A stretch of DNA of 64,000 nucleotides from a virus (Duplodnaviria; Caudoviricetes), in IMG/VR virus record IMGVR_UViG_3300028364_000013, one strand, 5' to 3'. Every line of letters starts with the position of its first letter. The first letter of the stretch is position 1. Both the position numbers and the translations under genes were made by a program. Positions 29,923 to 38,754 of this stretch are shown here, piece after piece. The notes under the pieces were generated by a model. The model saw only the letters and a list, made by a program, of their open reading frames with translations, was not told the DNA's origin and did no database searches.

Positions 29923-29952
29923 AAAAAGTCAAACTGTGGAGCTTGACTTTTT
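29923..29952. terminator. terminator hairpin, copy 2 of the exact 30-bp direct repeat
   Basis: identical to 28758-28787. Confidence 0.7.
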
Positions 29953-29982
29953 TAAATTAGAATTATGTTGTTTTATGAATTT

Positions 29983-30300
29983 TCAACCATTAAAAGAATA
30001 CAACTTACAATTATTTAAGTCTAATAAATCATTAGACTTATTTTTATCTCCATCAGTTCTGAAATATTTATTATCTACAAGAATAACCTCTGTTCCATCA
30101 CTTGTCATCATTTCAAATTCAACAGCATCTTTACTGTTTTTCAACTCATTAATTACATCAATAAGTTCTTGTTTTTCTCTAACTTTATAATGCATTTTAC
30201 CAGTTCCGTCTGATAAAACAGCGTTTTCATCATAAACTCCAATTTGTTCAATAATGCCATCTTCATTTAAGATTGTGCATTTAAAAATTAACCTTTCCAT
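29983..30300 (-). CDS. DUF3892-like protein
   Basis: N-terminal IEQIGV and C-terminal YFRTDGD....DLLDL..C. Confidence 0.5.
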   Translation of the reverse strand: MERLIFKCTILNEDGIIEQIGVYDENAVLSDGTGKMHYKVREKQELIDVINELKNSKDAVEFEMMTSDGTEVILVDNKYFRTDGDKNKSNDLLDLNNCKLYSFNG

Positions 30301-30322
30301 GTTTTATATTTTTTTATATATG

Positions 30323-30353
30323 CAAATGTAAAGCTATTTTGTTTATCCTGCAA
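30323..30353 (-). promoter_or_regulatory. Bacteroidota-type promoter (TTG-N20-TACATTTG)
   Basis: consensus match. Confidence 0.5.
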
Positions 30354-30401
30354 TTAAATCATTAATTATTTTTTTAATGTCTTTATTTTTATAGGAAATT
30401 C

Positions 30402-31307
30402 TTAATAGTTGGATGTTCTAAACATATTATTCATATTAATCAAAGTTCTATTTGACTCAGGAAGAGTATCAAAATAATTTTTTATTTTTTTTGAATAATT
30501 ACATAAATCAATAATGAAAAAAGACATAATTATATTTGAAAATTCGAGGGCAAACCTTGTTATTTTATCATCGTCATTAGAAATATTATAAATATCTACA
30601 AATTGAATTGACGACAAATAAGTTGGATGAGTACATGTGGAGAGGTAAGTGTAAAATTTGCTAAGTCCAGAAAAATTAACACCAGACCTTTCAAATAATT
30701 CTTGCCATCCAACTTTTTTTGCTGAATCAGAATTTATTACAACTTTCCAGTTATTTTTATCAACATTTCTTAAAACATCTTGTGACTTTGTTGTTAATAA
30801 ATTAAAAAAACTGTTTAAGGTTATTTGTGATTTTATGTTTTCTATTTCCAACCTTTCCGTTTCCTTTTTTTCTATATTTTCTTGAGTTGTTGCTGAATAT
30901 GTTTGTCTATTTTTCAATCCAGACATTTTCCAAACAAGATATTTAAGCTCTTTTTCTTCTTCTGAATTTTGCTGAATCATAATGTTATTAAAATTACAAA
31001 AGGATTCAAATTGAGCTCTAACTAAACTCCAAGTAGAAAATGGGTCTGTCATTGTGAGTTTAGCATAATCACACTCGTAGTCAAAATTATTAGCTGAATT
31101 CATTATAGAAATTGATTTAAGGGTAGATATTTTAAAAGTATTAAACACATCTCTATCTAAATCGGAAAAATCATTATTATCAATACAATTAAAAATTGCA
31201 ATAGATGTGTTAGTTATCAACTTATTAGATTTTAGTTGCCTTTCTATTGTTTGTGGGTTTTGTAATTTTAATAGTTCATTTTGTGTTTTTAATGATGGAT
31301 TTTGCAT
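30402..31307 (-). CDS. hypothetical helical protein (DUF5677-like)
   Basis: LVRAQFES, YTYLSTCTHP; very AT-rich. Confidence 0.45.
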   Translation of the reverse strand: MQNPSLKTQNELLKLQNPQTIERQLKSNKLITNTSIAIFNCIDNNDFSDLDRDVFNTFKISTLKSISIMNSANNFDYECDYAKLTMTDPFSTWSLVRAQFESFCNFNNIMIQQNSEEEKELKYLVWKMSGLKNRQTYSATTQENIEKKETERLEIENIKSQITLNSFFNLLTTKSQDVLRNVDKNNWKVVINSDSAKKVGWQELFERSGVNFSGLSKFYTYLSTCTHPTYLSSIQFVDIYNISNDDDKITRFALEFSNIIMSFFIIDLCNYSKKIKNYFDTLPESNRTLINMNNMFRTSNY

Positions 31308-31562
31308 ATTCTAAATTTATAATTTTTTGTCTCAATTAAATATACGCAAATTTAACACTTTTGTTTCAAAAAAACCAAATCTTTTTTAAATAAAAAATTT
31401 CCAACACAAATTAATGCATTGGAAATAAGTGTTTTAAAGAATATTATTTTTCTTTAGTCTATGAATTGTTTGTTAAATCTGAAATCTATCATTTATTTTT
31501 AAAATTTTTGTAAAAACTTTCCATATTCAAATAAAGAGCATCAGTGAAAATATGAGGCTCTA

Positions 31563-32009
31563 TTAAAAATTTAGGTATTTTTTTTCTCTACAAGAACAGA
31601 ATTTATTTTTAATACATTCACCGATAAGCCATTTAATTAACTTAATTCTTATTTTAAAGTTCATTTCTTTTTTGTTAAAAATAACAATCGTAGAAAAATC
31701 AAAAGTGCTTTTGTCTTCTGTATTAATTGGCTTATTAAGTACAAGTGTAACCATTTTACCTTCTTCTCCTTTAAAAAACTGAGTAAATACTTTGAAGTAA
31801 TATTTATTATTAGAATATTTTATTCCATTTTTGTTGTTATCAGCATAATACCAAATAACTTTTGTTTTAGCATTCACTAAATCATCACCTTCAAATTCAT
31901 AGTCTCTTATTGATATTTTATTTGTTAAGTATTCAACAAGTTTAAAAAATAACCAACTAATCAACATAGGAAATAATATTTTTGCGATTAACCATTCAAA
32001 TTGTTCCAT
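31563..32009 (-). CDS. membrane-anchored hypothetical protein
   Basis: N-terminal hydrophobic helix. Confidence 0.55.
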   Translation of the reverse strand: MEQFEWLIAKILFPMLISWLFFKLVEYLTNKISIRDYEFEGDDLVNAKTKVIWYYADNNKNGIKYSNNKYYFKVFTQFFKGEEGKMVTLVLNKPINTEDKSTFDFSTIVIFNKKEMNFKIRIKLIKWLIGECIKNKFCSCREKKYLNF

Positions 32010-32010
32010 T

Positions 32011-33552
32011 TTACTTATTTAAAATTAATTCTTTCTCTTCTTCTGTTAATTCAAAATACTCAAACAACATCTCATTATTCCATTCTCTATCAAAAGGAAC
32101 CATTGGAATAAATTTTGTTGTAGCTCCAGTTGTATGATGAGTTTTCTTTCTCAAACTAAGCATAAAATTACAAAATTTTGTATTCATGTAGGAAAGTAAG
32201 CTTTTAGCCTCCTCTTCTGAATTTACATAAAAACAAATATATGAACCACTATAAGCCTCGCTTGGATAGCCAATAAACTTATTTCCAAACCCATCTCCTC
32301 CTTTACCGCTTGCCTCAGTAACAATTACTTTGTAAGAATCAATGACTGGTTGATTTTTAATTAAAGTTCTGTCTACAAACTTTTCAAATCCTTTTGATTT
32401 TGAAACATAACACTTTATGAAGTTTTCGTTTTCTTTAATATTTGATAATTTTTTGTCATTCGTTCTAATATTTAGGAAAACCTTTCCCTCAGGAAGATAT
32501 AGGTTATATAAACTTTCATATTTTACAAGTTTTTTAATAATAGCGTGAAATATAGGTTCAACAAAAATATCAAACTCATTTAATTTACATTCAACTCCAT
32601 TATACTTAGTTAATCCATTATGATTTTTATCAATCAAAAAATATTGAATTCCTCCCCTAATATCCACATGTTTTCCAAACACTTCTTGTGAATCATTCCA
32701 ATGCTTAATAGATTTAATATCAGTTTTATTAAGCATCATTTTTCTAAATTTAGACAACCCCATTCCACCAGTCATCCAACGAGAAGGGTGAATAGAAATA
32801 AGTTTATCAGAAATCTTAAGAGCCTTTTCAATAAATGTGTGATAAAGTGGTTTCATTATATTATTACCCTCAATAAGCTCTTGATATGGTGGGTTTTGGA
32901 TTACATAGTCATATTTTTCAACACCCCAAACTTCTTTTGAATGTTCGTCAAATTCATCTAACAAAAATGAGCCATTAAATATATTCAACTCATAAATATC
33001 TTGTGGGTCCAAAGCTGCGAGAATCAAAAAAGCATTCTTAGCCTGCAGTTCTGCCATGTGAATCATATTTTCTACAATATGAGTATAACGTTCTTCCTCA
33101 TTTGTAAACACTTCAGAAAGGCCATTCATGAGACGCTCAATAATGACAGCAGGAAAATTGCCAGCTCCAGCGCAAGAATCCAAAAACTTTAAATTCGGAT
33201 TTGACCAATCTTCAGCGGGAATTAAATCCAACATTTCTGAAATTGTCCAATACTTTGTAAAAACTTCACCATACTGCTTCTGTTCTCTATCACCAACTTC
33301 CACATATGACCTTAACATAGAAACAACTTCTTTAATGTGCTCAGTCTTTGTTACATCATTATCGCCAACAATGCCTTTAATCTTAAGAAACATGTCTCTA
33401 TCCTTATCTAATATAGATAAAATTGCCATCCTCTTCTTATCAGTGTCAAGATTCTCAAGCGCTTCTCTAATATCTTGGTCAATCCCTGCGACTTCATCAA
33501 TCATCATTGCATCAATCAATTCCTCAAACTGATTCTTTCTAACTGTTGTCAT
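32011..33552 (-). CDS. Eco57I-like N6-adenine DNA methyltransferase with C-terminal TRD-like region
   Basis: GEVFT, FLDSCAGAGNF, QNPPY, LISIHPSRW. Confidence 0.85.
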   Translation of the reverse strand: MTTVRKNQFEELIDAMMIDEVAGIDQDIREALENLDTDKKRMAILSILDKDRDMFLKIKGIVGDNDVTKTEHIKEVVSMLRSYVEVGDREQKQYGEVFTKYWTISEMLDLIPAEDWSNPNLKFLDSCAGAGNFPAVIIERLMNGLSEVFTNEEERYTHIVENMIHMAELQAKNAFLILAALDPQDIYELNIFNGSFLLDEFDEHSKEVWGVEKYDYVIQNPPYQELIEGNNIMKPLYHTFIEKALKISDKLISIHPSRWMTGGMGLSKFRKMMLNKTDIKSIKHWNDSQEVFGKHVDIRGGIQYFLIDKNHNGLTKYNGVECKLNEFDIFVEPIFHAIIKKLVKYESLYNLYLPEGKVFLNIRTNDKKLSNIKENENFIKCYVSKSKGFEKFVDRTLIKNQPVIDSYKVIVTEASGKGGDGFGNKFIGYPSEAYSGSYICFYVNSEEEAKSLLSYMNTKFCNFMLSLRKKTHHTTGATTKFIPMVPFDREWNNEMLFEYFELTEEEKELILNK

Positions 33553-33579
33553 AACATATGTTTTATTGGTTCTATCTTA

Positions 33580-33605
33580 TTATACGCAAATATATAGATA
33601 ATGTT
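33580..33605 (-). promoter_or_regulatory. AACAT-N14-CGTATAA motif
   Basis: exact match upstream of the methyltransferase. Confidence 0.7.
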
Positions 33606-33792
33606 TCATCAATCATAAAAGTTATTCAATATTAATATAATTATTTTTACAATCAAATTAACCCTCGAATTCCAATCTTTCTTTTTATTTTCTTTTTTCA
33701 TCTCTTTGTTTTTATATATTGGGCTTAATAAAAAAAACCACTATTATAAGTCAAGTATTTTGTTTTTCTTAAGCAAATTCTTACATTTCTAC

Positions 33793-33954
33793 ATGAGCAC
33801 AAAAAAGACATATAAGAGCATCAGCATCGTACTGGAGCCACAAATTCTAAAAAAACTTGAGGAAGGAAACTATAATAAATCCAAGCTAATTGACTCACTT
33901 CTAAGTGATTATTTTAGTAGTGAGGATAAATCTTCAGAAAAAAAGTCGTGTTGA
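33793..33954 (+). CDS. RHH-like DNA-binding protein
   Basis: MSTKKTYKSISIVLEPQILKKLEEGNYNKSKLIDSLL; start trimmed from 33706. Confidence 0.6.
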   Translation: MSTKKTYKSISIVLEPQILKKLEEGNYNKSKLIDSLLSDYFSSEDKSSEKKSC

Positions 33955-34001
33955 CACGGTTTTTACTTTTTTATTCCTATTTATAATAAAACACACAAAC
34001 A

Positions 34002-34172
34002 ATGGGAAGAAAAAAAATAGACACAGAAGATAAAAAACAGAAATTATCAGTAACCATATCTCTTGAGAATGCTCTTAATTTCGATGAGCATGAAATCAAA
34101 AATAAATCTAAATTAATTAACTGTCTCCTGATGGAGCATTTCGGATTAAATAAAGGGGATGGTGTCAAATGA
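34002..34172 (+). CDS. 56-aa RHH-like DNA-binding protein (not in ORF track)
   Basis: MGRKKIDTEDKKQKLSVTISLENA...KNKSKLINCLL; ATGA overlap with the nuclease gene. Confidence 0.6.
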   Translation: MGRKKIDTEDKKQKLSVTISLENALNFDEHEIKNKSKLINCLLMEHFGLNKGDGVK

Positions 34173-35116
34173 TTATTACAAAAAATGTTAAAATAAAAAC
34201 AATAGGAAAATCAATTAAGTATTATAAAGATTTAGGGTATCCTGCTGAACATAAAAAAACAATAACCATAGATATTAAAGACTTAACTCTTGGTAGTGAC
34301 ATTTTAATAGAAGCTGCATGCGATTATTGTGGTGATTTAAAAGAACTTTCATACAATAGATATAATAATAGTTTAAAGACTTTGAATCTATTCAGCTGCT
34401 TGAATTGTAGGAAATTTAAAATAGAAGAAATATGCTTAGATAAATATGGAGTTAAAAATGTATCTCAAATAAACGAGGTTAAAATAAAAAAGGAAAATAC
34501 ATGTATGAAAAATTACTCTGTAAAGAATCCATCTCATTCTAAAGAAATTTTAAATAAAATAGGAGACTCATTAGAGAAAAAATTAGGAGTTAGACATGCT
34601 CTGCAAGATAAAAATATACTTAAAAAAGCACAATCAAAAACAGAAGAAAAATATGGAGTTAAACACGCTCTTAAAAATCCTCAACTATTAGAAAAAAGCA
34701 AGCAAACTTGCTTAAAAAATAATGGAGTAGAATTTTGTATGCAATCAGATGTTTTTACAAATAAAGCAAAAAACACAAGAATTGAAAATGGTACGCAAAT
34801 TCCTGATGAATTAGTTGACAAATGGGAATTATATAAAAGAAAAGTTAGAAACGAAACTAATAAGTATAAAAAATCTCTTTTTAAAGAATGGGATGGATAT
34901 GATTTTTATGATAATGAATACATAAAAGATAATTTAGATAACTTTAAACCAAGAAATCCAAACTACCCCTCAATAGACCACAAAATAAGCGTAAGCTATG
35001 GGTTTTTAAATGATATATCAGAAAAAACTATAGGAAATATAGAAAATCTATGTATTACAAAAACAATGATAAATTGTTCAAAAAAAGAACTAAACTATAA
35101 TGAGTTTATTTTATAA
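34169..35116 (+). mobile_element. putative homing endonuclease: Zn ribbon, KYGV.N repeats, HNH-like C-terminus
   Basis: CDYCG/CLNCR; KYGVKN/KYGVKH repeats; SIDHKIS...NIENLCIT...INCSK. Confidence 0.65.
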
Positions 35117-36348
35117 CACTCCTTTCTAATTTTAATCAACATATTATTTATCAACTCTCTATCAATTTCATTAGGTAAATCAGAATTTACAAATAAATCA
35201 TCTATAATTAAAAGTTCTTTCTCAGCCCATTCAATTATATCTTGAAGGTTCTCTTCCCCTCTTCTTATTGATTTAAGATATTCTGCATCTGGTCTTCTAA
35301 TAACAAACTCTTTTCTTTCTGCTATTTCACGAGACATTCTAATAAGTCTAACTAAATGCATTATATTTTTAGAATCAATTTTCTGATTATGCCCTTTATT
35401 ATCAACATACCTTTGTTCATTCCTATTATTAATCCAATCTATGTATGACTTATAATCTTTACAATGTTGAGAATATCCATCTTTATTAAAGATTATATTA
35501 CAAATTGCTTCTTCTCCTTTTGGAATTGATGAAAGTCTAAGTTGGTTTGATACTCCTGCATTGTCAGATTCACCAACTTTTTGAATTCCTTTATACCCTA
35601 ATCCAACAGCATTACCCTTTTGTTTATAAATTAATTTATTGTGTTCCTTATTAGATTCTGATTCATCAATAGAAAAACAATTGGAGGCTATAGAATCAAA
35701 AAACAACGCATAAACATCACGAGCATTAGACACATTAACAACACCACAAAATTTTTGAACATCACTGTTATATCCATTATTTACAAACCAAGTATTCAAA
35801 GGTATTGTTTTTTGACCATTAATCACATAACAGAAATCAAATATATCTTTTCGAGTTACTTTATCTTTTTCCCAATTTTGTTTTTTATCAAGCCCTTTTG
35901 CTTTTTTACATTGAGCTACAGCATATCCTGCAAAACTATTTTTACACATCTTTGTAACAAAGTCTTCCTTTTTATTTAAAATAACATCAAAAATAGGGTG
36001 CTTATAAATTACACAGTCTTCAGGTGAAAACAAAATAGATAAAGTTGTTGGATTAGCTTTTTGCAAAAGCTGTAAAAATCTTTTAACTTCATAAAACACA
36101 GCGTCATCTTTTTCTTTATCTCCAAAGTCTGATTTACCCTTTTTTTCGTCTATTTGTTCAATATAATTGAATCCGAAAATATCTTCTTTTGATTGTAAAA
36201 ATACTCCAGCAATATCTAAATCTGAAGTCGGAAGATTTGTTCCATATGCTTGAGAACCAACAACAACTATAAATAAAGGTATTGCTCCATTACATTTTGA
36301 ATTAATTAAGTCAAAATATTTATTTTTAATTACTTCCTTATCTTTCAT
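35095..36348 (-). CDS. DNA polymerase beta-superfamily nucleotidyltransferase (RlaP-like)
   Basis: VGSQAYGTNLPTSDLD, YEVKRFLQLL..ANP, KNIMHLVRL. Confidence 0.82.
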   Translation of the reverse strand: MKDKEVIKNKYFDLINSKCNGAIPLFIVVVGSQAYGTNLPTSDLDIAGVFLQSKEDIFGFNYIEQIDEKKGKSDFGDKEKDDAVFYEVKRFLQLLQKANPTTLSILFSPEDCVIYKHPIFDVILNKKEDFVTKMCKNSFAGYAVAQCKKAKGLDKKQNWEKDKVTRKDIFDFCYVINGQKTIPLNTWFVNNGYNSDVQKFCGVVNVSNARDVYALFFDSIASNCFSIDESESNKEHNKLIYKQKGNAVGLGYKGIQKVGESDNAGVSNQLRLSSIPKGEEAICNIIFNKDGYSQHCKDYKSYIDWINNRNEQRYVDNKGHNQKIDSKNIMHLVRLIRMSREIAERKEFVIRRPDAEYLKSIRRGEENLQDIIEWAEKELLIIDDLFVNSDLPNEIDRELINNMLIKIRKECYKINSL

Positions 36349-36449
36349 AGTGCTTGCTCTTTTAGGAAATGATAAAACTCAAGGGCTTTTTGCTCCTTGA
36401 GTTTCATCTCTTTTTCTTTATCTTTTAAATCTTTTTCAATATCAGTCAT
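36345..36449 (-). CDS. 34-aa ORF coupled to the nucleotidyltransferase
   Basis: MTDIEKDLKDKEKEMKLKEQKALEFYHFLKEQAL; follows promoter motif; ATGA overlap. Confidence 0.45.
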   Translation of the reverse strand: MTDIEKDLKDKEKEMKLKEQKALEFYHFLKEQAL

Positions 36450-36455
36450 AGTAAC

Positions 36456-36481
36456 TTATACGAAATTGATTATAAAATGTT
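36456..36481 (-). promoter_or_regulatory. AACAT-N14-CGTATAA motif
   Basis: exact match. Confidence 0.7.
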
Positions 36482-37906
36482 CTAATTATCAAGACCTTTT
36501 TCATGCATGTCGTCTCCTTCTCCCAAACCTATGTCTTCATTGAAGCCTTCGTTTGACCTTAAAGGCGCCTCGTCACAATCCTCTTCTATGCAATAATCTT
36601 CACTATCATCATAATTGTTAGGAACAAGACCCATTTTTTTAGATGAATCTTCACCCTTAAGTTGTCCGCTTTGTAAATAACGAGCATTTGTAATTGTCTT
36701 AACAGTTGTAAGCTCATCTTCAAGTTCTTCTAAAATCCAATTAGCATCATACTTAGTGATGTCAAGAGTTTCTATTTTACGCATAATTTGCTTAGTGTAA
36801 ATGTAAACGTGAGAACCAGTCAACTTAGAGTCATAGAAAAAGTCTACAACTTTTTTGTCAGTGAACTTAGATGTTGCTGGATGATTCTTTCCAAAACCAA
36901 AGTTACTTCTAAGAGATTTCAAAATAATATTTCTAATGTTATCTTGAGTGATTGTTTCGAATGACATAATCTTATCAAAACGACCAGGCCTTTGAGCTGC
37001 AAGGTCAAGAAGGTCAATAGAGTTTGTTGTTGCAATAATTCCAACACCAGCAGAAATCTTATCTGTACCATCAAGGGCATCTAAGAATGTTCCAAGAGAC
37101 CTTGAAACTCCACCCTTAGTTCTTGAACCAAGTGAAAGGTCAATATCATCAAAGATAATAAGCGAAGGCGCAAGTAATTCTGCAAGCTCTACCTTTTCTT
37201 TAAGAGCATCACAAACCACAGTCTTAATAATTGTAACTCCACCATCTTTAAGGATGTTAGAAATAGCAAGAGTAGACTCTGTTTTACCTGTTCCTGGTGT
37301 TCCAGCAAAAAGGTATCTCATTATTTCACCTTTCTTTTCATAAAGACCAGTGAACAATTGAAGGTCTTGCATTGTTTTTTCTGGAAGGTATATGTCTCCA
37401 TAATCTCTTCTCTCAAGAGTTCTTTTTTCCCAAGCCAAAGCATCTGGAGGCATTGTGAAGTAAGACCCTTTAAGGTTTGAATGCGCAATAGCACTATAGA
37501 TTATTTTCTTATAAAGAAACTCAGAACTTACATAAGAAGACTTGTTTGATGTAAATGAAACTTCACTCACCCAATTGTTATCAATTTGGTATCTTGACAA
37601 AACTAAAAGAAGAGTAAGGTCTTCTGATGAGCTTTTATATCCAAGATTGACTTTAAAGTTCAAACCTCCAGAAGCTCTTTCTGGAAGGTTTTCGCAGAAT
37701 GAATTGGAACCATTTACGAAACCATTTACGAACAATCCTTGTTCCTTCTGCATTTTAGGTTTATCATTCAATACATTAAAGTAATCAAACAATATTTTCA
37801 TCAAAGGAGAATTAATTCTCTCACCATGCGATACTCTCGCAATGTACTCATTTTTCACTTCAACCAAAGTGTCTTTCTTCAGTTGTTCAAAATTTAACTT
37901 TTCCAT
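36482..37906 (-). CDS. AAA+ ATPase with acidic tail
   Basis: GTPGTGKT, IIFDDID, ATTN, RPGRFD. Confidence 0.85.
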   Translation of the reverse strand: MEKLNFEQLKKDTLVEVKNEYIARVSHGERINSPLMKILFDYFNVLNDKPKMQKEQGLFVNGFVNGSNSFCENLPERASGGLNFKVNLGYKSSSEDLTLLLVLSRYQIDNNWVSEVSFTSNKSSYVSSEFLYKKIIYSAIAHSNLKGSYFTMPPDALAWEKRTLERRDYGDIYLPEKTMQDLQLFTGLYEKKGEIMRYLFAGTPGTGKTESTLAISNILKDGGVTIIKTVVCDALKEKVELAELLAPSLIIFDDIDLSLGSRTKGGVSRSLGTFLDALDGTDKISAGVGIIATTNSIDLLDLAAQRPGRFDKIMSFETITQDNIRNIILKSLRSNFGFGKNHPATSKFTDKKVVDFFYDSKLTGSHVYIYTKQIMRKIETLDITKYDANWILEELEDELTTVKTITNARYLQSGQLKGEDSSKKMGLVPNNYDDSEDYCIEEDCDEAPLRSNEGFNEDIGLGEGDDMHEKGLDN

Positions 37907-37973
37907 TATGTTATTTATTTTAGTTGTCTGTTAATTTAGAAGGTCTCTTCAATTCCCTTTCTAAATTTATAAT

Positions 37974-38369
37974 TTATAAAATTTCAGTCTTAGATGTTTC
38001 CATGTCCAGATTCATTCTATATGATTTTGTCTTTCCATTTCTGCTTTTCAGAACCTTGAGTGTAAAGTTATTCCTTTTTCTCCAGAACAGCAAAAAATTT
38101 ATCACTTTTTTCCAAAAACTTTTCTTTTCTCTCTTAATTCCTAATACAAAAGTTGATTCTTCTACCAACTTAGAAGATACCTCCATCATTTCTGCCATTG
38201 TAGTGTTAGCAAGCATCTTTGCTTCTTTTTCAGCTTGTTTTGGGTCTTTAATTGCTGTTACTAAAGGTGCCCCAGAAGTGTTTACAATTATTTTAGTAAA
38301 CATGCTCATAAAGCTAATGTCTCTTAATGTTTTTGTCAATCCCTCTTGATTGTTCTTGATGAAGTCCAT
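37974..38369 (-). CDS. hypothetical protein
   Basis: start trimmed to MDFIKNN; LKVLKSRNG weakly recalls a DnaB-type C-terminal motif. Confidence 0.5.
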   Translation of the reverse strand: MDFIKNNQEGLTKTLRDISFMSMFTKIIVNTSGAPLVTAIKDPKQAEKEAKMLANTTMAEMMEVSSKLVEESTFVLGIKREKKSFWKKVINFLLFWRKRNNFTLKVLKSRNGKTKSYRMNLDMETSKTEIL

Positions 38370-38754
38370 TACACCAAGCAATATATTACAAGGAAAAGGT
38401 TGTCCATCATGTAAACTTTCTAAAGGAGAAAGATTAGTAGAAACATGTCTTAATAAAAATAACATAAAACACAAAAAACAACATAGATTTACAGGTTGTA
38501 AAAATATTTTACCATTACCATTTGATTTCTACTTACCAAAACACAATATATGCATAGAATTCAATGGAAGACATCACTACGAATCAGTAGCTGCTTTTGG
38601 AGGTAACAAATCTTTCAATGCTATTAAGGTAAATGATGAAATAAAAAAAGAATATTGTATTAAAAATAATATTAAACTACTTTCAATTCCATACTATAAA
38701 ATAAAAAACATTGATTCATTAATAAATCACTTTTTATTTGCCAATACCACGTAA
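38350..38754 (+). pseudogene. Vsr/DUF559-like endonuclease domain lacking its N-terminal repeats
   Basis: GCPSCKLSKGE...PFDFYLPKHNICIEFNGRHHY, same family as the C-terminus of 13833-14762. Confidence 0.6.
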
